Source: Marsupella aquatica
Taxonomy: Eukaryota > Plantae > Marchantiophyta
Assembly (NCBI GenBank): GCA_973895155.1
Contig: OZ316895.1
Location: 22,332,558-22,396,557 of the forward strand
Direction of reading: 5' to 3'
DNA length: 64,000 nucleotides
The notes under the pieces were generated by a model, which was given only the letters and a program-made list of their open reading frames with translations, searched no databases and was not told the origin of the DNA. This document shows positions 14,216 to 27,144 of the stretch, one piece after another; the first letter of the stretch is position 1; the number at the start of each line of letters is the position of its first letter. Both the position numbers and the translations under genes were made by a program.

Positions 14216-16159
14216 CTCTGCTCATCCAACAACGCGAAATCAACATGTAGAAGACCTTAGTATACACGAGGTTGACGTAGGACAGCTCTCCAAAACTGAC
14301 CTTCAACATGGGAAACCCTGTCGATCATGCAGGAATTGCTCACTCCGAAGACATAAATAGCTACGTACACCTCTCATAGCAACTTTGGTGGACTTACTGG
14401 ACCGAATAGTCTTGCGTCGGAAAGATACGGGGGCCAGAACTGAGTGCAGCGTGCTAGCTTGCACGAACATCATAGCTTATGACTAGCTTCGTAACACTTC
14501 CAAATAATCAAGCTTGCTTGGATCTGTCTAGCCAGAAAGAAGAAACGCTTGGGCTTGGGCGAGCAAAGATCAAGACAGATAGACTGACTGAGCCGTGGCC
14601 GATAAAAAATCAACGGATAGAAATCAAGACCGATCAGGACACTACGAATTCCACTACGCAACTACATATTCATATTCAACCTGCACAATAATACTGGGAA
14701 TTGTACATGCAAACGGTGCATGTACAATTCACGATAGAGTGCAGAGTTCATTTTCATTGAATGCCACAATTGCTACAGTGTATTCAATACCTCGTACGGA
14801 AGCACAGAAGCAACGCTGTAGTAGAAATCGGAGGCGATGTATCGCACGCTGTCCTTCGTGACTGGCTGAAGGACTTATCGAGTCGAAGAGAATCGACGTT
14901 ACTTGACAAATTGGTTTATGACATTACTCAGATTCGCCGTGGAACGAAGAGGACCGAATTCAGTGGAGACTTGCAGACTGGATCATCACTCTTTCCGTCC
15001 ACACGTCCGCAAATCCGGAATGGAAAGGCAATGTGGAAACACCTTCACACCTAAGTTTTCGGGCGGAGACGGGAGACGGGAGACTGCAGCTGTTGTGAGA
15101 AATTGAGAAGCGCAAAATTTCCCGCACTGCCAGGTGTGAGACCGAAGGGCCGCAAAAGACGTCGACAATTCAATGATGACGATAGAAAAGTAAGCGGTTA
15201 TTGTGCGAATCTCGTCCTCGACTCAGCCGGTGGAGCCAACAGCAGAGCAACACGATCGCCCTTGTAAGCGGCAAGAATATGCCGAATCATTCCGTGCGAA
15301 ACGTACACGGCTGCACTGCACTATACAGGGCTACGGGTTACCCGTAGCTTCCAGTTTTGCTCACACTGAGGAGGTTTACGACGCCCTCATATCTTGGGGC
15401 CAGGTTTCATGGGCCAGGGGCAGGGAGTGATCGTACTCCCTCCGATCACTCCCTCTGCCATCCCTTGGGGCCAAATAGGCTGTATGCCAAGGTGTAAACA
15501 ATATTTTAAATATGTGATTTTTTTTCTTTTTAAGGGGACAAGCCCTAATTTTTATTCATAAAAGAACCCATACAAAGCATCTGTCTGGGGAAGAAGACAG
15601 GAAGGAGCAAAACAAATTAAGGGGGCCAAAAGAGAGGATCACACCCGGAGAAGAGTGGGGGCAACACCCATCCCAGATCGCCTAAAAAGGAGGAGGCAGA
15701 TCGGAGGAGGGAGGGGTGCCCTGGAGAAGAAAGGAGCATAATTATCCACCTAACAAACATGATCAAACATGCAACCAAAAGCAATACTAAAGCCGAATAA
15801 CAATCACAAGAATAGACCCGGGGACAGCACAGGGCTCCATCCTCCTCAGACCCCCAAAACCAAGACCACTAGCCACAGAACCAAAAAGCCCAGTCCATCA
15901 GAAGCTGGGATCATCTTCCATGTCCAATCCCCCAAGTCCATTAGGGGACAACAATTGCATCCCCGGAGCCGGATAGGAAAATAACCCTGGTGAAGAAATA
16001 TGAGTTTTGACTTACAAGCCAATGAGAATGCCTTGTATTTCTACAGGGGGCAAGGGATACACCTGAAGTTTAACAGGGAATGTGAGGGAAAATTATACTC
16101 CCTACTACAATATTTGGACACCCCTCAGTCCCTAGAAAAGCTGCAATATTATCGACCTA

Positions 16160-16285
16160 AGGGCTAGGTTCCATGGGTCTGGGAGTGAGGAGTACCGATG
16201 TGTGTCAGAATGTTTATTTTTATTGGCTCAAACATGCTGACACACACGTGCACTCCTCACTCCCACCCGTATGAAAGTTAGCCCT
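16160..16285. mobile_element. ~126-bp fold-back MITE
   Basis: AGGGCTA...TAGCCCT termini with TA flanks. Internal arms GGGAGTGAGGAGT..TGTGTCAG..ATGTTT pair with AAACAT..CTGACACA..ACTCCTCACTCCC. Confidence 0.75.
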
Positions 16286-16288
16286 TAA

Positions 16289-17432
16289 GGTAGTCGGGTC
16301 CTCAATTCAGGTTCTAGTTCACTCATACCTTGACACATCAGCACATTTCTCAATGATTCCATCTCATTAGAAACGAACCATATGAATATATGGTATGCTA
16401 GGATAATATGTTTGCCAGCGCAGTAGCTGGATGTTCAGGATGTTATCAATACACAGGGCAAGGTATGTCATGTCAATGGTTGACAACCTTAATGTAATGT
16501 TAAGGCGAGTGTTAAGGTCGGTCACTCATCTCTACGCAGGTTGGCCGTATACAGGTCACTCATTCATACGTGGGTCAACCATATATGGTCGACTATATAT
16601 CTCATAAAGGGATACCTCATGTGCTTAACCTTATAAGTTTGTTGCCCTTGGCTGCCATTGTAGCTCCACCCTATCTCTGCATGTGCCTTAGGCGAGCTTC
16701 AGATTTCAACAGTTCATGTTTTGGGGGCACCAGACGACTCTGAAGTTGTGCAACACCAGCTTAATTTTTCTGAGTTTTTTGTTTTCGTTTTACCAGTAAG
16801 ACTAATATCACACACTGTGAAAGTAAGAGGCTAGTACTATCATCATCAAATTTTACTAGGTTAATTTCTCTTTGTTAGGTTTAAGGATTACTAATATATT
16901 GTATTTGTAGCTTTCATTATGCAGTGTACTCGTAGCTTTCATTATACACTACTCACTATACATTGCACAGGTTTAGTTTAGCAGGAATGGGCTTGAGCTC
17001 CACAGAAGGTGCTAAGTTCCACCTTTTATGGTGGAGTAGCGAGGCATGGAATGAGAATTTTATAGGGGTAGGTGTGGTTTATGGGAGCCATCCCTTTGTG
17101 AAATATTATAGTCGACCCTATACGGTCGACTCGCATATATGGGTAGTTTATGCGTATACACAAGTCAACCTTATAAGGGAGACTAAATATCCCATAAAGG
17201 GAAGAGTGGCCGGCCTTAGCACTATGTTAAGTTTGTCAAACATTGATAAAAGTTTTTTGCTATGTGTATTGACAGCATCCTGGATACCCAGTTATTGCAC
17301 TAGCAAACACATTAATTAGTCTAGCAGACCCTATCTTCATATGGTTTTTTTTAATGAGACAGAATCCTTGAGAAAAGGGCTAATGTGTCAGGGTATGAGT
17401 GAACCAAAAACTGAATGAAAGACCAGACAATC
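16289..17432. mobile_element. ~1.14-kb non-autonomous TIR element with long (~340 bp) diverged TIRs, TTAA on both flanks
   Basis: Left end TTAA|GGTAGTCGGGTC..TTCAG..GTTCACTCATACC..TGACACAT is the reverse complement of right end ATGTGTCAGGGTATGAGTGAAC..CTGAA..GACCAGACAATC|TTAA. Inverted similarity continues to about 16635 and 17060. No ORF. Confidence 0.8.
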
Positions 17433-17994
17433 TTAAGAGATCAGATGGCTAACAATCGTGAGGGCCCTAGGCCTTTTTTCCTCTGTTGTTTTTCTTGTCT
17501 GTCTTTTGGTGGACTTCCCTTGATTGGGTCCTTTGCCTATGGGACCCTCTCTCCAATTTGGACTCCCTATGTTCTTTTGCAGTTTGATAAAACAAATGCA
17601 TCTAGAGTAGATGGAAGCATCTGAATTAGAGCCAACTTGCATGTGAGCAGCCCTTTGTTTTCTGGAGCTCAACCAACCAATTCATGGCAGAATATAAGTG
17701 AACTAGAGAACAATGCCTTAACCCCCTCTTGTGTCAAGCCTGACAGAAAAACATTAAGAGTTACAAGGACCAGAATCTTTCCGGCCTTTGAAATCCCGAT
17801 GTCCTGACCAAACTCCAGCATAAAACAAAAACCCAAACAGAACACATGTCATAAAACTCTGCCATGCATAGCTTTGCATTGCGCTAGACAACAAATATTG
17901 TAGTCAAGCTAGATCTACTTTTTCCTTGACATTTTGCAAATGTTAAGGAACATGTTAAGGAACATATTTTGTTGAGTACCTGCACATGCAAGTT

Positions 17995-18067
17995 GGCTCT
18001 TAGGTCAGTTGGCCAGGGGGTTGGCTTGAAACCCATAGGTCCAGGTTCAATCCCCCCTCCACTAGCA
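17995..18067 (+). pseudogene. Degenerate tRNA-Asn-like sequence (tRNA pseudogene or SINE head)
   Basis: A-box TAGGTCAGTTGG, B-box GGTTCAATCCC and 3' CCTCCACTAGCA resemble plant tRNA-Asn. The anticodon arm is corrupted. A GT-rich tail follows to about 18190. Confidence 0.6.
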
Positions 18068-19693
18068 AGCAGTGTGGAAGGTATGTGTGGGTGGGGTGTA
18101 ATGGTGGGAGTAGTGGTTTCTCTTTGGCTATTGGCGGTTGCTTTGGGGCACTAGTCAAACCCTGCTCTATCTTGGGAATCTCAACTCGAACACGACTGGC
18201 AATTCAAAGATGAAGCCATCCAAGAAGCCATTATGTATTATTTGATTATCTCTATACTCCGGTGTGTGTTGTCATTAAGGCAAATAGGAATACAAAACTA
18301 GCAAAGAGAATACACATGGATATGTCAATTTTATGATGAGCACTAATAGCTCAGTCCAAGGTAGTTTGTTCACAAAATATCATTCCAAAGTTGTGTACAA
18401 AATATGTGTAACTTACATGGAGCAGATACACACTTTAATCCACATTTGTGCGCATTTCTCCTCTTATGTGGAGCTCTTTCAGACCAAGAACCCTACTTGC
18501 AATGGCCACGTACACCTTGGTTCACACCAAATGCAAAGACATGGCTGGATAGCATAACAAGCCGCATGTCAAATAAGGACAACCACGGGGACAACCAATT
18601 ATGGTGCAAAAAATTAAAAAAAAACGTCAATATGTGAACAATGTCTCACTAAAAGACATTGAAACCAAATCCCTGGAAAAACAAAGAAGTTACGGTAGGT
18701 CTAGACTTGAAAGTAGGGTAATTGATAGATTTTACATCAGAAGTAGTACCCGTTAAAGTTCTCACAGCCTGAAATCAGCAAAAATATATGCTAGTCACTT
18801 GAATGAGCTATTCGTTCTGTTCAGCCTTGCTTTGCCAATTCAAACAGAGTTAATAGCAGTGGTGCAAGAAAGGAAGGGAGGAAGATTGATGGGAGCAAAC
18901 ATTCTTGATAACCTTTTGTCTTCTAATCAAAGCCATCTGACCCAAAGACTACTCCATCAGCTGAATGAGATTGGAAATAAGATCTACTATGAAGAACGAT
19001 GAGTAAATGAGAGCAAGACTATTCCCTCCGCCAGGTGAATAAGATCATGAATAAGATTGATTATAAAGAACGATGAGGAAATGAGATCACAGTAGCTCTA
19101 GTTGCCAACAACAAGCACCCACACTAGTCGATGAAGACAGTCAAGAAATTGACAAACTATAAGTCCAAAAGTCGGTGAAAACAGCCACAAAGTTGGTCTA
19201 CATAATGTAAGTCCAAAAGTTGGTGAGGATACTAGCAGGTCCAAAAATGGGATGTGTGGGATTGGTCCACAACCATGAGGTCAACAAGTCCAATGTTAGT
19301 GGTGATCAGTGCAGCAATAAACCTAAATTATTGTCATTTGAGCACTTAGACGGTGGCGGGGAAAGTGGGATCGGTAGGCAGCCATGAGATAATTTTACAG
19401 GTCCAATGCTGATGGTGACCAATGTAGTAGGACTGGAAATTGCCAAAGTAGTTAGACCATGAGTTGTGCTTGGCAAAATCAATAAAGGCTCCCAACTATG
19501 TACATTGTAGAGATGTAGTGGAAGAGATGTGAACAAGTACTTAACCAATAAATACTTTTTCAGTTAAATTTCCTACCTTCCCATTTTTCTGCCAACAATG
19601 CTCATAATGCAGTTTTTTCACTTTACTACTAACAGGTTGTCATGCTACAATATAACATTGGCAAAGAGAGCGGGAACACGAGTAGTAGTACAC

Positions 19694-20183
19694 ATCATCA
19701 AAGCGGGCACAAGAGTGTAGGGTACTATCATAAAACCCAGGTTGCAACAACAGTTCCAACCAATGCATTCTCTTCACCCCACATTGCTTTGTTGTGGAAA
19801 GCATAGGGGAAAACATTGAGTTCACACATGTGTTGTGCAGTTCAAACTCTTGACCGTAGCTAGAGAGCCCTGGACTGAGCAAGCAGCTGAGTACATCAAT
19901 GACTTGGGACGTGCAATAATTCAAACTACCGGACATGATCATCAAAGCGGGCACAAGAGTGTAGGGTACTATCATAAAACCCAGATTGTATCAACAGTTC
20001 CAACTTGTGTGTACTCTTCACCCCACGGTGCTTTGTTGTGGAAAGCACCGGGGAAAGCACTGAGTTCACACGTGTTGTGCAGTTCAAACTCTTGACCGTG
20101 TAGCTAGAGAGCCCTGGATTGAGCAAGTAGCTGAGTACATCAATGACTTGGGATGCGTAACAATTCAAACTACCAGACATGAT
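19694..20183. repeat. 244-bp direct tandem duplication within a decayed TE-like region
   Basis: 19694-19937 and 19938-20183 align throughout. Confidence 0.9.
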
Positions 20184-23076
20184 GCAGAGCTAGCCTCGCC
20201 AAGAGCAAGCAGGAAATTGGCACAATAGTTTGCACCTTGGCCATGCAAAGCCCTGTACACACAGAGTAAGCACCCAAGGATATGAGTGAGTTGCACTTCA
20301 ATAACGCTATGTATCACTTCCTAACTTGTTGTCAAATCAGTTATGATTGTTCACTTTTAGTCTATATATAATGATGATCAAATAGTCATGTGTCTATCAT
20401 ATTCCCCATTTACATAGTAACAACTTACTCTCTTCCAAGTTTCTAGGGAGCATAGGATGGAGAGTGGAGCCAGATGATGAGTTCAAACTTCTTGGGTACA
20501 TGGAGGACTTGTGCATGATTAATGATACATTAATTAACCTAAGCCCGACCGCAAAGTTTCTCCTTGAGTTCCTAGCACTCTTCTTTGTCATTTTCATTGA
20601 ACTAAGCTACAATGCTCAACGGTCAAAAGGTCATACCAGCTCATGCACCAATTAGGACTATAGGACCTTGGATACTCCCTCGTATTGTCAGTCCTTACCT
20701 CAGGTACGCTCACTTTGGCTGACAGACACCAAAGTGTTCACATTTCTTTTGCTATAATTGTGCTTCCAGGGTGACCTTAAAGTTAGTTGAAACTTGAATG
20801 TTTGAGCGGGAGAAGCCAACCTGGACCTCAAGTGAGGTAGAGTTGTCACCTTGGCTGACATGCACAACCTGCAAGCTTTGAAATTAGAGATTGAAACAAC
20901 CTTAGATCTATGATGTACAATGTTCCAGCTGCCCCGCGAGCTACTGAGAGTTGGACCTGCAACCTACGTACATTGAAGGTGTGATCTGCAGGAAAACTAT
21001 TGTTGTATATGGGCTGAAGAGATTGTGCCAAGTTTATTGGATCAACAAATGTTCGAGCATGGCCAATTAGTTGGAGCCGAGTTTTAGCAAGTGGGCAAGA
21101 GATGTGAGCTACTAGCTAGCTTTGACTTGAATGTTCAACTGGATGAGTCACCCCAGATTGCAGCGTGTTGGAGCGGGAATTGGAGCTGAAATGAGCTGGT
21201 CTGAAACTACAAGTTGCAGCTTGCAAACTTTGCGTTTGAGCAATAATGTTCATGCTGTTGGCTGCTAGCTAGCTTGAGAGTTTCCAATTGTGAGCTTCCA
21301 GGTGAGACATGTAGCCTGCAAGTTACAGTCAAGCTCCAAAATACTACCACCTGCAACGGGCTTTGGGAACTAAGGTCTTCAAGCAACCTGGGACCTTTGA
21401 GGTACGATTGTAGTACCTTCTGTTTGAGCTCTATACTCTGTCTTGTAATTGCGATTCAAGATTTGTGATATATAGAAGTCAACATGATAATCACCAGCGG
21501 GATCACCAAGGATGATCATTCAAAGCAAGTCTTGATTGAGCAATGTAGACTTGATTGGTGCTTGTTCCTACCAATGTGAGGTATGTTTATAGTGTACAAT
21601 CACTAGGCCTCATAGGAAACTAAAAGAGGTTAGTATCTGGAAATTGTATTCTAAGTCTCAAGCTAGATCGAGTGATAGTAAGGCCTTTTCTATGCATTTG
21701 ACAACTAAGGCTTTGCTAGGATCGGATTTTATGGTGGGGAAACACAAGCAATATGTCAATTTATAATTTCTTGTATTGAACTCGATCTATGGTGCAGCTT
21801 TGGCTTGAGTGATACTTGGGCTGGCTCGAGTGTTGCAAATGTTATCTTTGTTTTCACCTGGGTCTCTGTCAAATGGAGGGTGTGAAATATCTTGGATGCA
21901 AGAATAATTTGCAGGGCTCATTGGACAGGTGCTTACTATTTGATCCATCAGATGACTGTTCCCTTTCTTGTGACTGTTGTAATTGTCATAGAAGTTTCCA
22001 TTTTCCTCTGTGTAAGACTATACCTGAAGGCCGGAGTGTGCACCAAACTCACAAATGGTACTCACAAGCGGGTGAGGTTGATGGTGCCAAATCTTTATGC
22101 CTTTAGGTGACAATCCCAAAAAGTGTGATGCTTGTGGTTGCCATAGGAGTTTCATAAACCCCCACCGACTCTTCAGGATGCATCTGATCTTGCTTCAAAC
22201 TCTACACGGAAGTCAACTGTGTAGGGAAGCCTTCTCCCCCATCTTGCGGTGATGTGGTGGTAATAGAACATAATGAGGTCACCCCTCTTGAATCTGTGAG
22301 TATGAAGTTCGATAAGTTTTCTTCTGTGAAGGTCAAGTTAGAGTTCCCTAAAAAGTTTAAAAACTTAGACAATGATGTTGACATGGACAGAGACATGGAT
22401 TGTAGCACATATATTTAAACACATAATACAAATCTGAGAAATCCTGATTTGAACTGGACCCTATTCGAGTTGTGCTATCTTCATTTTAGGACTTGTAGTC
22501 CTTGACCCTCAGTCTCCGTCTTTGGGTTAACCTAGAGCATTTGCATGTTTTCACCCTATCTAGCATCCTCATCAAGGCTCCTATCATGGACCAAGCTCGG
22601 ATTATTTCTTCAGAAATGAAGTGTGCATGGGGTAGCTTTGGGCCAATTCTATTATTCATCATACATCTATCTTCAAAGGAGTTCTCAACAGCCATGTATC
22701 TTTGTTTAAGGTTACCCCACCCACTTCTTGTGGGCTTATCTACTTCCTTCACATGTGCAAAGCCTTGTGATGCCATAGGCCGGTCCATCTTTTTTGGTGC
22801 AGTGCAAACGAGGAGACTATTGTTGTTCATGATGTCATGAGGGATGCTATTGCTCAAATTCTCTTTGGGAATTTGGTATAGGTGTGATAGGAGGTGGTGC
22901 TTATTTTCCTAGTCCTCTACCAAACCAATTACGTATACAATAACCATTGTCTAGGCAGAAGTTACTAGGCTGTAAGGTCCCTTGTGTTTGGAATGATTGT
23001 GAGAATAAGCTGATTGGTGACAACTGAGAAACTTTTATGAACATTCATGGAAAGGGTGTGGTACACGTACAGATGG

Positions 23077-24215
23077 AAATGCACTTATATGTATGTGTTG
23101 TCTAGTGCCAGTATTTTGTTGTTTGGTGAGGGTCTATTGCATTTTTTGGTTGTTCAGTAGTTGTGATGTCAAAATGCACTTATATGTATTTGTTGTCTAG
23201 TCCCAGTATTTTGTTGTTTGGTGAGGGTCTACTGCATTTTTTGGTTGTTCAGTAGTTGTGATGCCCTGCCGGTAAATCACACAGTCATCAAAATGGGGTA
23301 ATGTATGGTGTGTTCAAAATTGGGTAATGTATGGTGTGTTCACTGATTTAAAGAAAATAATGAGGCTTATTATGGTATGGAGTGATGGGGTACACCATCC
23401 AAGTCATATTTTGATGTGCAACTTCATATTGTGATGTGCAATAACTAGCACTGTTGTGATGGGGCCCCAAAACAAGCCCCAGGATATAATTGTCTGCAAT
23501 ACTTTGTCGGATGGCAGGTACACTTGTTGTAAATAGACTCCAGTGTATTGTCATGATGACTTAAATGTATTGAGGAAAGTTATTTCTTACCAGTACTTTG
23601 TCACACTAGGAGACAAGTTCACCTATAGTGACCAACCCTCTTTGGTCACTTGCCAAGTATAAAAATGCCATATAATTATAGGCAGACTACAGTGTATTGT
23701 CATGATGGCTTAAATGTATTGAGGAAAGTAATTTCCTACCAGTATTTTGTCACACTAGGACTTACTGACAAGTTCACCTCTTGTGACCAACCCTCTTTGG
23801 TCACTTGCCTACTATAAAAACCCTTATAATTATAGGGAAGGACATGGTTGGGCACTAATCCACATAATGCACTTATCCATGATGCACTTAAACACTGTTC
23901 ACTGTATCGTACTTAAAATCAAAATTGCATCAAATTGGTGTTTGGGAAACCCTCCAAATAATGCACTTATCCAAATCTGTGCATCTAATTGGTGCTTGGG
24001 AAACCCTCTGCATAATGCACTTATCCACAATGTACTTACACATGGTTTACTGTATACTCCACATAATGCACTTATCCAAATCTGTGCATCAAATTGGTGC
24101 TTGGGAAACCCTCCGCATAATGCACTTATACACGATGCACTTACACCCGGCTCACTGTATAATATAGTAGTACATAAAATCAAAATCTGTGCATGAACTT
24201 GGTGCTTGGGAAAAC
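23077..24215. repeat. Cluster of tandem repeats upstream of SUN
   Basis: 95-bp x2 (23077-23263), 27-bp x2 (about 23290-23342) and ~150-bp x2 (23535-23835). Interleaved CATAATGCACTTATCCA and AATCTGTGCATCAAATTGGTGCTTGGGAAACCCTC modules follow at 23860-24215. Confidence 0.85.
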
Positions 24216-24218
24216 TGG

Positions 24219-24227
24219 TTTCCCGCC
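24219..24227 (+). promoter_or_regulatory. E2F-binding consensus TTTCCCGCC upstream of SUN
   Basis: Exact match at the boundary between the repeat cluster and the SUN leader. Function is not shown. Confidence 0.4.
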
Positions 24228-24895
24228 AGTGAGTTCACATGTGTGTTGGTGCAGGAGCCTCACCTCTCGTTGCGAGCTCTATTCTCTCGCTCAGTCTTTG
24301 AGAGCGCTCGTTTGATGCGTCTGTTCTTAGCAACTACAATAGTCGGTTGAAGCATTCTGTCGAAGCTCCGCGCAGCGATCTGAGCTCTATCAATCTCGTG
24401 CAAGTATTTTGCAACCAGGTCGAAGCACTTTCTGAAGCTCCCGCAAAAAAATCTTAGCTCGAGCTACTCACACTCTGTCTGGATTTCGTTCGGTACCACA
24501 TGAGGTTTAAGAATTTGGTCGAAATTCAGCACAGACGTCTTTTCTTTGCAAATACTCCGTCTTTGCTCTGGATTTTTGAGCAGTCAGCGGTCTTTGAATT
24601 TGACTTACTGAAATTTCTGCAATGCTGGCCCTGCAATTCACTTGAATGTTTCTGCAAGCAATCGGGACTCCCGGTTATCATGGTCTAACAAGCAACTGAC
24701 CAAATTTTAAATCCCGCCTGGTTTCCCCCCACTTCCCGTGCGATTTCTCCGTGCGGACAAGGGCTCTGCGCACGGACCACACCTTTGTTAGGAGGCCCTC
24801 ACTTTCCTCGGGAATTTTGACAGAATTCTTTCCAATTAGTTCTGAAGAGGTCACAGACTGAAGCCTCGGCTACGGGGTTTATTAGTGACCGCAGC

Positions 24896-27144
24896 ATGCC
24901 CGCAGTTTCAGATTCGGCAGCGATCGGGGCGAAGCCAGCAGCAGCAGCAGCAGGCCAAGGAGTACAATCGACCACAAAGCGAACCGTTGCCACCCCTAAG
25001 CCAGCAGCTGCAGCCGGGGAGGGGAGGGGCCGAGATGTAGCAACGTCTTTGGCGAATGGCGATGCGGGTGGCGCGGATGTAGCCCTTTTGAGCCACACGA
25101 AAGACTTGAGCAATGCATTGCGTACGAGGCACGATGAAGCTGCCGGGCAGCAACAACCAACAGCCAAGCACAATAAAACTGTAGCTCTGCCCAATAACAA
25201 AGGATCACCACTGAAGTACAAGTCGGTGAGGCATAAAGAGGCCAATATTACAGTTCGGAGGAAGCCGAGCTCGTTTTGGGATCTGACGGGTCACTTTTTC
25301 TCCCGCTTTTTCCTCATTTTCGTAATAGGCGCAGGACTGGGAAGTTCTTGGTGGACCTGGAGAACGCGTCCTCAACTCTCAAATTACAGTCATGGAATAA
25401 CTACGGAGGTCGAGAAACTTGAGGAGTTTGTGGCAAAGACTGCGAAATGGATGCAGGTGCAGCTGGATGCTGTAGACACGAAAATAGGGCACGAAGTTGG
25501 AGCTCTTGAGAAGGACTTGCACAATGAGCTGGACTCGCACCAGCTTCATCTTGCAACTGAGTTGAAGAATTTGAAGGAGAACGTTGGGAAGTTCGGAGCT
25601 ACCGTGGATACTTTGTTCAACCAGGGGGGGGCCATTACACAGAAGGAAGCTCTGGAACTTATCAAAAAGGTGGTGGATGAAAGGGCCGCTGATGGGAAAG
25701 GCACAGCTCTCAGTCTGGACGATGTTAGGACGGCTGCTAGACAGGTTGTGCTTCGAGAACTAGAGCGGCACTCGGCAGATGGTATTGGGAGAGTAGACTA
25801 TGCTCTGGGGAGTGGAGGTGGCAGAGTGATTGCGCATTCAGAGGGTTATTACGTTGGTAGCAGAGCCGACTGGCGGACCGTTCTGGGATTTATTCCAGGA
25901 TCTGACCGAACTCATCCCTTTGCTGGGAAGATTCTTCAGCCCACCTTTGGGGAACCTGGACAATGTCTGCCTTTGAAGGGGAGCGAAGTCTGGGTAGACA
26001 TTGCTCTGAGGACTACTATTCGTCCAGACGCCATTACACTCGAGCACGTCTCAAAGGTATAATTTTACTTGCGAGTAGTGTGACCCGACCCACAACTGTT
26101 TGTGAAGGTGGTTTGTAGCCATGTTACCTGATGCATGAGTCTTTTCACTTAACTAGTGCTGCCCTCTCGTTCATTTGTTTCCATTATATAATCGTTCTAA
26201 GCTTCGAAGCCCAGCGCATTTGTAAGGATGTTGCTCTGTATGGGCGGATAAACGCTGCTGTCAAAGAAATTAGATTTTCGTCTCTCAGCAGCTTGTTTGT
26301 TGCCTTCAGAGTTCCAGGAGTAGGTTCAGAACTGTATTGGACAATTCAATGGACTGCATATCTAGCAACTTCTCTCTGCTTAATTCGTAATAAGCCAATG
26401 GAAATTACTGGCTTTCTCTGCATGAACTGCCTGTAGGATGGTGGCAGTTAGTTGTCACTTAGTTTCTAGTGACCTATGAATGAGGTCCAATTCAGATTTT
26501 TGTTAACACTTTTTCTGGTTTATGTCACCTGCCCTGATTGGGCCCCGGCTAATGCTCACTCTTCCGAAGAAGGGAAATCTTGAGATATCACGTAATTTAA
26601 TCGGGGAATTTTCTGTCTTTTGTCTTGTGGAAGTTTTGGCTTTCCTCTTAGCTATTATTGTACATTGGGTATTTCCTGGGAACGTGCTCCTTCCAGTGGA
26701 GCGTGGACCTTCTTTGACTTTCTTGAGCTCGGTGTTGAACAAGTATTGTAGCTTCGTAAAAATTGAGTAATTCTCTTCTTGAATTGTATCATCCAGTCGA
26801 AATGAAACTGATCTCTTGATGATCCAATTATGCAGGACAATGCGTACGATTTTTCCAGTGCTCCAAAGGAGTTTCGTCTGTTTGGATGGCGTGAAGCCCG
26901 AGGGCACAGAGATGTGCAAAATCCTGTGACTATGATATCTTTCGGAGACTTTACATACGACACTGAGAAGACCAGTGTGCAGACGTTCTCTATTGCTGAG
27001 GAGGATGTTGCGGGTGCACTAATAAACATGATACGACTCCATGTTTGGTCGAATTATGGTAGTCCTACTCATACATGTATCTATCGCGTGCGAATGCATG
27101 GGTCTGACCCTGCGTTTAGTCTAGCTCCAAGACCTGCGGAATAG
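24896..27144 (+). CDS. SUN1: C-terminal SUN-domain inner nuclear membrane protein (SUN1/SUN2 type), 2 exons
   Basis: Exons 24896-26056 and 26836-27144. It has a TM segment (FFLIFVIGAGLGSSWW) and a coiled coil. The SUN domain reads ADGIGRVDYALGSGG...FGEPGQCLPLKG...ITLEHVSK|DNAYDFSSAPKEFR...SNYGSPTHTCIYRVRMHG. Confidence 0.95.

Noticed and set aside
15535-15990. Purine-skewed tract resembling a LINE 3' end (similar tracts at about 4840-5160, 17440-17590 and 30720-31000)
   Set aside because: Only composition suggests it; no ORF2 motif or TSD could be confirmed.
19640-22900. Short ORF fragments in a TG/CA-rich stretch that looks like a decayed TE coding region
   Set aside because: Many stops and no recognisable RT, integrase or transposase motif, so no family could be assigned.
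23860-24215. Repeat-spacer-like pattern resembling a CRISPR array
   Set aside because: The context is eukaryotic, the spacers are themselves repeated, and there are no cas genes.
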